A stretch of 64,000 bases of DNA, from positions 31,516 to 95,515 of the IMG/VR virus record IMGVR_UViG_3300049491_000850. The stretch is one strand, 5' to 3'. Below the pieces are notes generated by a model that worked only from the letters and a program-made list of their open reading frames with translations, was not told the origin of the DNA and searched no databases. Shown here one piece after another: positions 26,326 through 37,041 of the stretch. The translations under genes and the position numbers were made by a program. Positions within the stretch are counted from its first letter, which is position 1. The number at the start of each line of letters is the position of its first letter. The DNA comes from a virus.

Positions 26326-29250
26326 ATGGGAAACATTAGAACAAATCCGCAGTACGAACAAATAAGAACGTTTTTAGAGACTAGAAACCTCTTTACGCCT
26401 GAGAATCCGTATGAACTCAACAGTCCAAAACTGGTTAGAGCAATCAATAGCATAGTTGGATTAGTTCCCGGAAAATCTTTTGACCTTAGCAATACTGTTA
26501 TCGGTCGATTGATGGGGCCTAACACTCCAATCGCAGCCATTGGACTTCAACAATACAGTAAGCATCTTGCTCAAAGTGTTGTTAGTAACGTCATGTCCGA
26601 TTCAATCCCATCGGTGAACTTTACAAATCTTTTTGATGGTGATCCAACAACAAGATTACTTACAAAGAAAGAAGATTATCGTATCACGAGAGATGAAACT
26701 AAAACTTCTATCGGAAGACTTCTTGAAGACATTACAAATCAACAACCAAAACTATCATCAACTATTTTTACTGGTCGTGGTAGTTTAGCACCATTCGATA
26801 AATTTCCAAATCAGTTTGATTACATCCGTAACACAGGTAAGGGACAATTAAATCAGTACTACGCAAGTATTGATAAAAACTTATATATTCAATCAAGCGA
26901 AGATTTTCTTCAAGTAGCAGAAAATCAAGGCTACAAAATAAATAAAGTAACAAAGGCATTATTAAATAAATCATACTTCCCAACAAACGATCCTGCAAAC
27001 TTTCCAGATGGACAAGCAGCTTCTGATGACGTTCGTTCTGAGATGGTTTTATTTAGAGAAGATAATCCAGCACAAAGTGTTTCTGAATATGCTAGTGCTG
27101 CTGTTACTGATGCAATGGGTAGAACGAAAAAATCGTTAACACCTAATCTTGCACAGAACTTACCGAATCAAGAACGTGCTGATGATTTTGAATTCGATGA
27201 AAATAGTTTCGGATTCACAGATGATATTGATAATCAAATTGTGTGGGGTCGTGACACAGAACTTCAATCGAAGTATGGTGTGAGATCAGGAGCACTTCTT
27301 TATACTAAAGGTTTGTTACAAGCAAGAGGTTCGAGAGGTTACTTCGATCAAACAAAGAAAAAATTCACTGATCCAAAAGGTCAGTTAATGTATAACGGTT
27401 CACCGTTGACCAGAGAACTTGATGGAACTGTAAACAGAAACAGACAAAGTACAATTCTTGATCCATACGATAGATATGCGAAAGCAATTAGATTTACTGG
27501 TAATTCATTTTATGATGCACCAGCAGAATCTGTCATCAACAGAGCAGTAATACCTAAGTTCCATCCAATCATCGATACGAGTAGTAAGGTTAACAATAGA
27601 AATCTTATGTTCAGTATTGAAAACCTTGCATACATTTTGAATGATAAAGGTTATCTTGGTGATTCACTTGGAACAAAAGTTCCTGAAAGTGAAGTTGGTT
27701 ATAACAAAGGTAGATTAATGTGGTTTGCTCCTTACGATGTTGAAGTAAGTGAAACTGCTGCTGCAAAATATGAATCAACACAATTTATTGGACGTAGTGA
27801 ACCAGTATACTCTTACCAGTCTTCTGAAAGAAGTGCACGTCTTAGTTTTAAATTGATTATTGACTATCCACCACAAGTTGATGGAAAATCACATGGTGAC
27901 AACGCCAAGTTCTTTGCGTTCGGTGGTAAGTTCAATGAGAATGCATTGAAGAACGTTGATATTGATAAAGAAGTAGCTTCGTTATCCGAACTGGAAACCA
28001 GACTGGCTTCAATTCAACCAACAGAAACATTATTGCCACCTGATAATTTACAGGCTGGTGATAAAGCGATATTCTTTTTCCATAACGATGGACGAAGTGT
28101 AGAACAAGACATTACTCTTGGCTATGAAGATGGTATTGATAACCCCGGAGAAGAAAATGATGATTCATTGAATGCACCTTTCGTTGCTGCGGTTAATACT
28201 ATTGTTACTCAAATTTTAACACCTGAGACTTACAAGTATTACAACATAAGTTTTCTTGGTCGTGCTAGTAGACTTTACTACAATGAGGCAAAAGAAAAGG
28301 GTTACAACAAACAATTAGGTTTGGATAGAGCAAGTAGTTTATTGAAGTATGTGGAAACTAAATTTGTTGCTGCAAATAAAGGATTGACTTTTGCAAAAGC
28401 AGGAATCAAGACTAACATTGCAACGATTGGTTCTGACAGTGGTTCAACAGAAGGTAAACTCGAAAAAAATATTTCATTGCTTAAAGTAAAGCAGGAAAGA
28501 AATGCCGTTGTTAGATTAACACCGAACGGAACACTTGAAAAGAAGACCGTAGCATTAACTCCTAGCCAACTTCAAGATAAAGCAACATTAGAACAACAGA
28601 TTCACGATAAGAAGGATTTAATTGCGATAGCAACAAAAGCACAATCCAACGAACGTATCTTCACCGAGAGAAATATCGGTGATAGAGCATTCAGAGGATT
28701 TGAAGCAATGAAGAAGATTACGTTATCTCCTGTATTCCACTCACAGACACCGGAAGACTTCCATAGAAGATTAACGTTCTTGCATCAGTGCACAAGACAA
28801 GGTAATGCCGTGGTCAATAAAGCAACAGAAGAAACTGGCGTATCGGTTCCAAGAAACTCCGTGTTCGGTAGACCACCAATCTGCGTATTACGTTTAGGTG
28901 ATATGTATCACAGTAAGGTAGTTATTGAAACCGTTGACTTTGATTTCACTGAATCGATTTGGGATGTGAATCCAGAAGGTATGGGTATGCAGTTCATGAT
29001 TGCCAACATTGATATTTCAATGAAGATCATCGGTGGTCAATCACTCAAAGGTGCTATCGATGTTATCCAGAACGCAGAATCGTTCAACTACTATGCAAAT
29101 TCAACTTACTATGGTGATGGTGTTTACAAGTCAGCGAGAAAAGTAGAAGACGCACAAGTCCAAGGTGACAAGACCTTGATAAACGCTAAACAGCAAGCAC
29201 GTTTCGGTAAGAACACGGATGGCGATTCTGGTGCTTACGTTCCACTTTAA
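26326..29250 (+). CDS. baseplate hub / tube-initiator-like protein with inserted OmpA-like domain
   Basis: MWFAPYD, F.GRSEPVYSY..SER...LSFKLIID, FHSQTPE.F..RLTFL.QC.RQG, FGRPPICVLRLGD; central GRAS...YNKQLGLDRA..L OmpA-C-like segment. Confidence 0.65.
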   Translation: MGNIRTNPQYEQIRTFLETRNLFTPENPYELNSPKLVRAINSIVGLVPGKSFDLSNTVIGRLMGPNTPIAAIGLQQYSKHLAQSVVSNVMSDSIPSVNFTNLFDGDPTTRLLTKKEDYRITRDETKTSIGRLLEDITNQQPKLSSTIFTGRGSLAPFDKFPNQFDYIRNTGKGQLNQYYASIDKNLYIQSSEDFLQVAENQGYKINKVTKALLNKSYFPTNDPANFPDGQAASDDVRSEMVLFREDNPAQSVSEYASAAVTDAMGRTKKSLTPNLAQNLPNQERADDFEFDENSFGFTDDIDNQIVWGRDTELQSKYGVRSGALLYTKGLLQARGSRGYFDQTKKKFTDPKGQLMYNGSPLTRELDGTVNRNRQSTILDPYDRYAKAIRFTGNSFYDAPAESVINRAVIPKFHPIIDTSSKVNNRNLMFSIENLAYILNDKGYLGDSLGTKVPESEVGYNKGRLMWFAPYDVEVSETAAAKYESTQFIGRSEPVYSYQSSERSARLSFKLIIDYPPQVDGKSHGDNAKFFAFGGKFNENALKNVDIDKEVASLSELETRLASIQPTETLLPPDNLQAGDKAIFFFHNDGRSVEQDITLGYEDGIDNPGEENDDSLNAPFVAAVNTIVTQILTPETYKYYNISFLGRASRLYYNEAKEKGYNKQLGLDRASSLLKYVETKFVAANKGLTFAKAGIKTNIATIGSDSGSTEGKLEKNISLLKVKQERNAVVRLTPNGTLEKKTVALTPSQLQDKATLEQQIHDKKDLIAIATKAQSNERIFTERNIGDRAFRGFEAMKKITLSPVFHSQTPEDFHRRLTFLHQCTRQGNAVVNKATEETGVSVPRNSVFGRPPICVLRLGDMYHSKVVIETVDFDFTESIWDVNPEGMGMQFMIANIDISMKIIGGQSLKGAIDVIQNAESFNYYANSTYYGDGVYKSARKVEDAQVQGDKTLINAKQQARFGKNTDGDSGAYVPL

Positions 29251-29262
29251 AAGATTTGAATT

Positions 29263-29577
29263 ATGGCAAGACAAGATTACGATAGATACGAGATTATGAA
29301 GAACACGGACGGGACAATCGACTGGTTGCCGTTCGTTAAAATTTCTGACAGTCCTTCCGACCTTAGTGAGGTATGGGTTTTGGGTCGTAGTAGATTGGAT
29401 AAGTTAGCGTTACGTTATTACAACAATCCTTTTTACGATTTTTTCATCCTTTACGCCAATCCGCAATATGCTGACCAGTTCGACATCCCGGACGGGGCAT
29501 TGATCAGAATTCCATTTCCAATAGATCGTGTCAAAATGGAATACGAAACTTTTTTGAGAAATTTTAAGGAAAGTTAA
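29263..29577 (+). CDS. baseplate wedge LysM-like protein (gp53-like)
   Basis: RLDKLA.RYY..P.Y...ILYANP...IPDG..IRIP. Confidence 0.8.
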   Translation: MARQDYDRYEIMKNTDGTIDWLPFVKISDSPSDLSEVWVLGRSRLDKLALRYYNNPFYDFFILYANPQYADQFDIPDGALIRIPFPIDRVKMEYETFLRNFKES

Positions 29578-29587
29578 GGTTTTTCGA

Positions 29588-29595
29588 TATATTTG
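29588..29595 (+). promoter_or_regulatory. Bacteroidota -7 promoter element TATATTTG
   Basis: Exact TAnnTTTG ending 6 nt before ATG 29602; -33 element not convincing. Confidence 0.35.
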
Positions 29596-29601
29596 CTTTA
29601 T

Positions 29602-30312
29602 ATGAAAAATTTATCGGTCGTTTTCAGCAGTCATTTCACTGATGCTGAAAATGAAAAATTTATAGCCCATCTTAAAGCAACGGCAGGTGTTAACATTCAT
29701 GTTGAATGCGTGAAGAATATGAATGAGTATTCTTTACCACAGGCATATAACCTTGCGTGGAAGAAATTGGATGACTTAGGTAGAGGGCAAGACATTATTG
29801 TTTTTTGTCACAACGATTTAACAATTCGTACAGAGAATTGGGGTAAGAAATTACTCGGATTGTTTAAGACGTTTTCTGATTATGATATTCTTGGAATTGC
29901 AGGAACAACTGAACTAAACGCACACGGTTGCTGGTGGTTAGATAATGGTGGGAAAGAAATGAACCGTACCAAGATGTTCGGTCGTGTTTGGCACACAAAT
30001 GGAATCCGGGAATGGGAGAGTGTTTACTCTGAAAATATTCATGGTGTACAACCAGTAGTAATTGTCGATGGATTATTCATTGCCGTAAATGGTGAGACTG
30101 TAGTTAAGCGTTTCAACGAAGACTTCAAAGGGTTTCACTTCTACGATATTACATTTAGTTTCGACAACTATATTGAAGGATGTAACATTGGCGTTATTGA
30201 CAAAATTTCAGTGCTTCACCAATCTGTTGGTCAAACAAACCAAAGTTGGGAATTGAACAGACAGCAATTCGCATCAACTTATGCCGAAGAATTGCCTGTT
30301 CAACATGATTAA
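29602..30312 (+). CDS. glycosyltransferase-like (GT-A fold)
   Basis: SLPQAYN, IVFCHND, GIAG, VDGLFI, F.E.F.GFHFYD. Confidence 0.8.
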   Translation: MKNLSVVFSSHFTDAENEKFIAHLKATAGVNIHVECVKNMNEYSLPQAYNLAWKKLDDLGRGQDIIVFCHNDLTIRTENWGKKLLGLFKTFSDYDILGIAGTTELNAHGCWWLDNGGKEMNRTKMFGRVWHTNGIREWESVYSENIHGVQPVVIVDGLFIAVNGETVVKRFNEDFKGFHFYDITFSFDNYIEGCNIGVIDKISVLHQSVGQTNQSWELNRQQFASTYAEELPVQHD

Positions 30313-30958
30313 CATTGACAAACTACATGAAGACTTTGACGATACATTACCGATCTCGGTGATTGTACCTATGAGTGATAAGAGAAGCCATTTTTTTAAC
30401 AATATGGTTTATCCACTTCTTGAAGCAAATAGACCTGCTGAGATTATTGTAAACAATAATTTTGGTGGTGCACCAAAAAAGAGAAATGAAGGATTTGAGA
30501 AATCAACCCAACCGTTTCTCTTTTTCTGTGATGACGACATCCTTCTTCCGAAGAATTATCTTGAAAGACTATACAAGTTATTACTTGCCAATCCTAATAA
30601 AGCATATGCTTACACCGGGTATCATGGTATCGTAATGCATCCGAACAGTCATCCAATGAGAGGAAATTTTAATATTCCATCAATTCCTTTCAATGGCGAT
30701 AACTTGAGACACGGAAATTATATTTCAACCATGTCTCTTGTTCGTAGAGACTTGTTTCCAAAATTTGATGAATCTTTGAAAAGATTACAAGATTGGGATG
30801 TTTGGTTAACAATGCTTGGGAATGGTCATGAAGGGATTTTGTTGGAAGGTGCGGAAAATATGTTTTATGCGTATTACTTAGATGAAGGAATTACATCAAA
30901 CGGAAATAATGAACGTGAAGCATTGATGGCAGTTGCACAAAAACATAAATTGTACTAA
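30305..30958 (+). CDS. glycosyltransferase family 2
   Basis: ISVIVP, KRNEG, FFCDDD, FDESLKRLQDWDVW. Confidence 0.85.
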   Translation: MINIDKLHEDFDDTLPISVIVPMSDKRSHFFNNMVYPLLEANRPAEIIVNNNFGGAPKKRNEGFEKSTQPFLFFCDDDILLPKNYLERLYKLLLANPNKAYAYTGYHGIVMHPNSHPMRGNFNIPSIPFNGDNLRHGNYISTMSLVRRDLFPKFDESLKRLQDWDVWLTMLGNGHEGILLEGAENMFYAYYLDEGITSNGNNEREALMAVAQKHKLY

Positions 30959-32100
30959 TGAAACGAGAAAAAACCAACATCAAGAAGATAATAAAGGCAA
31001 AAATAAATCTAAGTGAAAAGAAAAGCACTGGAAAACCGATATTAACTCAAAAGAGACCGCAGGTAATTACTGCGCGAGAAAGAATTATGGAAGAGTACAG
31101 AGAGACCCCAATCAAAAAACACAGTAAACAAGATACTGCATATCACCTTGGAAGTCCAAATGTGAATAATACTGATGAAAATGGTAAACCGATACCATTA
31201 AAAAGTTATAGTAAGCAAGAAACTGCTTATGCACTGAGTAATCCAAATTCCAAAAAGCCAGAACCAATTGCACAAATACCGAAAATAAAGAAACCACATG
31301 TAGACATTCCTGTTGTGTTAAAAGATTATGGCACTTACGTTAAAAAAGAAGATGTTGAAGTTGATTTGGTAATTTGTGTTTGTTCTGTTGAAAGATATGA
31401 TAAGGTTAAAAGACTTTTAGATCAGATTTATAGCCAAGAAACCAAGTACACTTTTCAATTTAATTTAATGGATGATGGTTCTTTTGATGAAAGATATAAA
31501 GAATTACCACAATTGTTTCCGAAACTTAATTATATAAGAAATGTAGTAAACGGTGGAAAAATGAATTACTGGCGAACAGTCAACAGACTATGGAGTATCG
31601 CTAGTAAAAAGAATTCACATGCATTTATGCAAATTGATGATGACTTCATACTATGTGAAAATTTCATTGACAGAGCAATGGATGAATTCTTCAAGAAGAA
31701 AGAAGAGAACAATCAATTCATGGTATTCACTTATCATGTTTATGGATATGATCGCAATAAACCACCTGCTGATTGGTGGTATAATGGTGTATCAATAGCA
31801 ATTGACGGAGGAACAATATTCGATAGTCGATTTGCAAGTCTTTGGAATTTCAATGTCAACATTGGAGAGAGATATATTGCAGAACATACAAGTACTTTTG
31901 TTTGGGACACTATTGTTCAATACATAAGAGATTTTGGTGTTCGTGTTTATCGTTTCCCAAAGTCACTAGCATGGCATGATGGTAATTTTGATTCGAAACT
32001 ACATTTCGAGACAAGAAAAATAAAGAAATCGTATACGAAGAATTTTATCGATGGCGATGATAAGTATGACCTTGATAAAGAATTTAATGAAGTCGCATGA
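30958..32100 (+). CDS. glycosyltransferase family 2 with basic, repeat-containing N-terminal extension
   Basis: MDDGS, QIDDD; N-terminal ~130 aa rich in Lys/Pro. Confidence 0.75.
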   Translation: MKREKTNIKKIIKAKINLSEKKSTGKPILTQKRPQVITARERIMEEYRETPIKKHSKQDTAYHLGSPNVNNTDENGKPIPLKSYSKQETAYALSNPNSKKPEPIAQIPKIKKPHVDIPVVLKDYGTYVKKEDVEVDLVICVCSVERYDKVKRLLDQIYSQETKYTFQFNLMDDGSFDERYKELPQLFPKLNYIRNVVNGGKMNYWRTVNRLWSIASKKNSHAFMQIDDDFILCENFIDRAMDEFFKKKEENNQFMVFTYHVYGYDRNKPPADWWYNGVSIAIDGGTIFDSRFASLWNFNVNIGERYIAEHTSTFVWDTIVQYIRDFGVRVYRFPKSLAWHDGNFDSKLHFETRKIKKSYTKNFIDGDDKYDLDKEFNEVA

Positions 32101-32825
32101 GTATAAGTGTAATACTAAACGTATATAAGAGACCAGATAAATTGGAAGAACAGATTCGTGCAATAAAGGCACAATCAATTCCTATTAAAAGTGAAGATAT
32201 TCACGTTTGGTATAATAAAAGTGATGTCCCACAGGTCTTACCACAAGATAAGGCAATTAAGACTTATCAAAGTAGTTGGAATACAAAGTTTCATGGAAGA
32301 TTTACAATTCCACTTCTTTGCAGAACGAAATACATCGCAATTTTTGATGATGATATTCTTCCATACAAAGATTGGTTGAAGAATTGTGTTGAATCAATTG
32401 AAAAGAAGGAAGGAATTTATGGGGCAAGTGGTGTTCTGCTTAATACACCACAGTCATATCGTAATCATGTGAAGTACGGTTGGAATGGCACTCATAGTGA
32501 CACAATCAATCAAGTCGATTTAGTAGGACATTGCTGGTTCTTCAAACAAGAATGGTCAAAATATTTATGGTACGAAGACCCTGCATCATGGGACAATGGT
32601 GAAGACATTATGTTTTCATACTTGGCACAGAAGTATGGTAAGATTGATACGTTCGTTCCTCCACATCCTGAAAGTAACAGGAATGTGTGGGGTTGTGTTC
32701 CAGAACATGGTGCATCGGTCGGTAGTGATAAAAATGCATCTTGGTTAATGGGGTCTCACCTTCCGTTAAGAGATTCAATTGTTGTTGAATGTATTAAAAG
32801 AGGTTGGAAAATAGTAAAATCATGA
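32097..32825 (+). CDS. glycosyltransferase (GT-A)
   Basis: ISVILNVYKR, IFDDD, GEDI.FS. Confidence 0.8.
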   Translation: MSISVILNVYKRPDKLEEQIRAIKAQSIPIKSEDIHVWYNKSDVPQVLPQDKAIKTYQSSWNTKFHGRFTIPLLCRTKYIAIFDDDILPYKDWLKNCVESIEKKEGIYGASGVLLNTPQSYRNHVKYGWNGTHSDTINQVDLVGHCWFFKQEWSKYLWYEDPASWDNGEDIMFSYLAQKYGKIDTFVPPHPESNRNVWGCVPEHGASVGSDKNASWLMGSHLPLRDSIVVECIKRGWKIVKS

Positions 32826-33460
32826 AGATAGTATTTTGTCATAATGTTTATAATCGATATGGTACTCTCTATAAAACGTTAGTCGTTGAAAAGAAGATGT
32901 ACCCTGAATCAGAATCAATCGTGGCATACAATGATGCAACACCTCCAATTGAAATGGAGAAACTTGCAAAATATGTTTTCTTTAAAGGAAAAACCCATAA
33001 GATTGGCTGTGCAAATGGATGTATAATTTCAATTCAGGAAGCGTTAAAGTTGAATCCAGATGTTATCGTGTTTTCCCATGATGATGTGTTTATTGAAGAT
33101 CAAAAAGTTTTTGATAAGCGTGTTGAAAGTATTGTGAAGGGTGAATACGATGTTATTTGCAGAATGCCGGGTAATGAATTGTATGGTGATAACTATTATC
33201 TGATGGAATGTTTTTTCATGTCAGGTAAAGCAGCAAAACAATGTTTCGGAAACTTATTGTTATATAGTAACGAGAATGAAATTGCAAAAGACCTTCGTGG
33301 TTCAATTTCACCGGAGGTATTTCTATATGACGCATTACAACATAATAATTTAAAAAAACTGATTATTGAGTATGAACATAAACTTGAGGGGTATAATGAA
33401 ACCCTACAAAGTTTAATGGGATTTCATCACCTCAATGCAGGTAAACGTGGATGGGTATGA
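32822..33460 (+). CDS. putative glycosyltransferase (GT-A)
   Basis: IVFSHDD; ATGA overlap with upstream gene. Confidence 0.55.
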   Translation: MKIVFCHNVYNRYGTLYKTLVVEKKMYPESESIVAYNDATPPIEMEKLAKYVFFKGKTHKIGCANGCIISIQEALKLNPDVIVFSHDDVFIEDQKVFDKRVESIVKGEYDVICRMPGNELYGDNYYLMECFFMSGKAAKQCFGNLLLYSNENEIAKDLRGSISPEVFLYDALQHNNLKKLIIEYEHKLEGYNETLQSLMGFHHLNAGKRGWV

Positions 33461-34095
33461 CACCAGAACAAGAAAAAGCCGATTTTATAAACACCTACTT
33501 CTCAAGTATGCAGAAATTATTTGGGATAACTATGGATGACTTCTTACAATACTATAGCGAAGCAAAGTATAGTGGTTATCCAGAAGAACCGGGTGGTTCC
33601 GCATGGAAGAGTGAGGGTAAATTTATTTACGTTATGATAAGACACGTAAAACCTAAGAATGTTCTTGAGATTGGTAACTATCTCGGAAGAGGAACAACTA
33701 ATCACATACTCCAAGCGATGGATATGAATGGTGAAGGTAAAGTAACTTTGCTTGATATTGTTGAAAGACTTGAATATTCAAAACTCCATACACAGAATTT
33801 TACAAGAGTTCTCGATGACTCGTTGAAGTTTTTGGATAAGCCTCTTGATTTCGACATGATCGTTCAGGATGGTAATCACGAGTATGAACATGTTAAGACC
33901 GAACTTGAATTGATGGAGAAACATGCACAGAATGATTTCTGGATGTGGGGTCATGATTATTTTACTGTTAGACCACCACAGTGTGAGATTGCAAGATCAT
34001 GGGCAGATGCCAAGGTAACTAAGTTCAATCAAAGAACAATGTTGAAAGACAGTATTAGTAATTGTGGGTTTATCGTATCAAAATTTGAGAAGTGA
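33457..34095 (+). CDS. class I SAM-dependent methyltransferase (Methyltransf_24-like)
   Basis: KP..VLEIG..G, D.I.QDGNH.YE.V, HDY. Confidence 0.8.
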   Translation: MTPEQEKADFINTYFSSMQKLFGITMDDFLQYYSEAKYSGYPEEPGGSAWKSEGKFIYVMIRHVKPKNVLEIGNYLGRGTTNHILQAMDMNGEGKVTLLDIVERLEYSKLHTQNFTRVLDDSLKFLDKPLDFDMIVQDGNHEYEHVKTELELMEKHAQNDFWMWGHDYFTVRPPQCEIARSWADAKVTKFNQRTMLKDSISNCGFIVSKFEK

Positions 34096-34817
34096 TGAAA
34101 ACATTCAAAGGAGACTTCGACATGTTTGTCAACAAAATAAAAAATGATGAACATTTTGCATTATCACGATGGGGTGATGGAGAATTAATGATTCTCGAAA
34201 ATAAACCTATTGATTTATTACATAAAGGGGATGGTGAATTTAAGTATGATCCTAAAAGTACTGTTCATGTAATGGAGCGTGAGTCTTTATTGAATTCATA
34301 TAAGTACAAGCACAAGGATTATTATATTGGAGTTGCCTGTCAATGTTGTGTTGGAAAGGAAAAGTTTGAATACATGAAAAAACTTTCTGAACAACTGGAA
34401 GAGAATTTAACTTGGGCAAACATCTTCGTAAATTCAAACTATCAATATTTCTTATCGGAATTGTTGCCTGTGTTGAAGAATAAGAAAGTAATACTTGTTG
34501 CAAATGCTAAAAGCAAACCAGAGAATCTTCCTTTTAAGGTAGAAAAATTTTATCCCATCGGTGCGGATGCGTGGGTTAAGAGTAGTGCATTAATTCAACA
34601 ACTATTAATGGACATTGGTGAATTTAATATGAATGATTACGTATATCTCTTTGCAGCAGGGCCGCTGGCAAACGTGATGACATATGAATTTTGGAAATAC
34701 AATAAAAATAACACCTACATTGACATTGGGTCAACACTCGATAAGATGTTAGGATTAACGGTCACCAGAGGTTATCTTCAAGGTGCACCCACATTAAATA
34801 AAACGTGTATATGGTAA
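34095..34817 (+). CDS. GT-D fold (DUF1792-like) glycosyltransferase
   Basis: FALSRWGDGE, AAGPLA, YIDIGS. Confidence 0.7.
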   Translation: MKTFKGDFDMFVNKIKNDEHFALSRWGDGELMILENKPIDLLHKGDGEFKYDPKSTVHVMERESLLNSYKYKHKDYYIGVACQCCVGKEKFEYMKKLSEQLEENLTWANIFVNSNYQYFLSELLPVLKNKKVILVANAKSKPENLPFKVEKFYPIGADAWVKSSALIQQLLMDIGEFNMNDYVYLFAAGPLANVMTYEFWKYNKNNTYIDIGSTLDKMLGLTVTRGYLQGAPTLNKTCIW

Positions 34818-35458
34818 ATTTAGATAAATACAAAAACGATGGTTGGGGTCTTTCTCGTAAAGAATTTGAAATATTGGTTGAATACCTAAATGCAAAAAGA
34901 AATTTAGTATTTGGTGGTGTATTAAATGTTGTTGAATTCGGATCAGGAAGATCAACAGAATTTTTAATTGATGCGATGGAAGGTCTCGATTATAAGGTAA
35001 ACATTTTTTCTTTTGATGATTCGAAAGAATACGCTTTCAAAGGAACACATCCAAACTTACAGTTAAATATCGTTCCTCTGGTAGAGTGTACTGACGACAT
35101 CTTCAATAAAATGTTCAAAGAAAAGAAATACGATAGTAATTTAATGCCGTTGAAGCATACCCCACTTCATACTCGTCAGAAAAATACATTCTATAAGATT
35201 GAAGATTCTATGTTGCCCGAAAAAATTGATTTGATGATTGTGGACGGCCCTCATGGGAATGGACGTAGCCTTGCATTCTTACGTTGTTTTGATCGTTTAC
35301 GTTTTGGATCAATGATATTGATTGATGATGCATCACATTATCCATTTCATCATCATCTTGGATTATTAAGAAATAATCTTGTAATACACGAGCAACATCT
35401 CAAAGGAGATAAATGGGAAACCGGAGGTGACTTCGTTTTCACAAGTATTGTAGACTAA
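34811..35458 (+). CDS. SAM-dependent methyltransferase
   Basis: VVEFGSGRST, DLMIVDGP, ILIDD. Confidence 0.75.
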   Translation: MVNLDKYKNDGWGLSRKEFEILVEYLNAKRNLVFGGVLNVVEFGSGRSTEFLIDAMEGLDYKVNIFSFDDSKEYAFKGTHPNLQLNIVPLVECTDDIFNKMFKEKKYDSNLMPLKHTPLHTRQKNTFYKIEDSMLPEKIDLMIVDGPHGNGRSLAFLRCFDRLRFGSMILIDDASHYPFHHHLGLLRNNLVIHEQHLKGDKWETGGDFVFTSIVD

Positions 35459-35464
35459 AAAATT

Positions 35465-36079
35465 ATGTACAATCCCGAAGAATATTGGAAAAAAGAATTA
35501 GGTGGTGGTGATAGCTGGAAAAACCATGCTCGAACATCACCTGCGTTAAGAAAATCAATCGATAGAACAAGAACATTGATCGTTCCTGAAATGCTTAAAC
35601 GCAAAAAAGGAAATGGTGGTGTACTTGATGCTGGTTGTGGTTCTGGTTACGCAATAAAAACATTTCAGGAGTCAGGTGCTTGGGACAAATACTACGGGGT
35701 AGATTTTCAACAACATCGAATTGACTTTTGTAAGGAAACATACGGCATGAGTGACATAGAGTTCCATTGCACGAACTTAAACACTCTGCCGATACCCGAC
35801 AAATCGATTGCATCAATATATACTGGTGCGGTTTTAATGCATATACCCATTGAAAATAAAATCAAAGTAATTCAAGAGTTCAAAAGAATACTTACTGATG
35901 ATGGTTTTTACTTTGGTCATGAGGTTATTAGTAATGCTCATGAAATTGAAGATGGTGGAGCACACGTAATCAATACTAATTTGAATTGGTTGAAAAAACA
36001 ATTTGATCCATTTGATGTCGAAGTGGTGACTTTACATTACGATGATTACGATTTCCAAATAATTTACGCACACAAATGA
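35465..36079 (+). CDS. class I SAM-dependent methyltransferase
   Basis: VLDAGCGSG, GVDF, LP.PD.S, VLMHIP, E.KRIL. Confidence 0.85.
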   Translation: MYNPEEYWKKELGGGDSWKNHARTSPALRKSIDRTRTLIVPEMLKRKKGNGGVLDAGCGSGYAIKTFQESGAWDKYYGVDFQQHRIDFCKETYGMSDIEFHCTNLNTLPIPDKSIASIYTGAVLMHIPIENKIKVIQEFKRILTDDGFYFGHEVISNAHEIEDGGAHVINTNLNWLKKQFDPFDVEVVTLHYDDYDFQIIYAHK

Positions 36080-37041
36080 AAATAGCTTTTCACTGTAACC
36101 AATTATCATTACGTGGCACGGAAGTGGCAATGTTTGATTACGCTCACTTTAATGAAAACATATTGGGTAATGAAAGTATTGTGCTTGCAAAGAATCCTGA
36201 GATATGGATGTACTCCGATAAGCCAGCGATTGAAAAATTTAAGAAAAGATTCAAGGTTTGCTTCTACGATACTGCAAGTGACATCGAAAAAATATTGGAC
36301 GATAATAATATCGATGTTTTTTATGCACAAAAGGCAGGATTTGCGGATGGAGTTGTTTCAACAAAAAGAAAAACAGTAATCCATGCTGTATTTCAACAGT
36401 ATGAACCACATGGTGATGTGTATGCATTCATTTCTGAATGGTTATCGAATCTATATGGAAAGAAACACGACTTTGTACCGTATATTGTTGACTTACCTGA
36501 TCATGACAAGGACATGAGAGAGGAATTGGGGATACCGTCAGATGCTTACGTCTTTGGAAGACATGGGGGATACGAAACTTTCGATATTCCGTTTGTAAAG
36601 GACTTCATAAGACAATTTGTAAATAGAGTCGATAATTTTTAATTATTATTTATTAATAACGAGAAGTTTATTGATCATCCACGAGTTATTTTTCTTGAAC
36701 CGACTGCTGATCTAATTAAAAAGACTGAATTTATTAACACATGTACTGCAATGTTACATGCGAGATTTAAAGGAGAAACATTTGGACTTGCAGTTGCTGA
36801 ATTCTCGTTGAGAAATAAACCTGTAATCACTTATGCTGGTTCTCATGATAGAGCACATGAGATGATGCTTGAAAGAGATGCATTTTACTATAAAAATCCG
36901 ACTGAACTAAATTTGATCTTTCATAATCTTGAACAATATTTTGGAAAACAGAATTTATCTCGTGATTGGAATAAGTATCGTAATTATTCACCGGAGAAGG
37001 TGATGGAAAAATTTAAAAAAGTGTTTTTAGATGGCAAGTAA
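36076..37041 (+). pseudogene. GT-B glycosyltransferase interrupted by a single in-frame TAA (36640-36642)
   Basis: ORFs 36076-36642 and 36751-37041 are in the same frame and the gap after the stop is open (F*LLFINNEKFIDHPRVIFLE...FINTCTAMLHAR..GETFGLAVAEF). Confidence 0.75.

Noticed and set aside
36640-36642. Genome-wide stop-codon reassignment
   Set aside because: Code-11 ORFs tile the window; TAA, TGA and TAG all end genes; only one interrupted gene was found.
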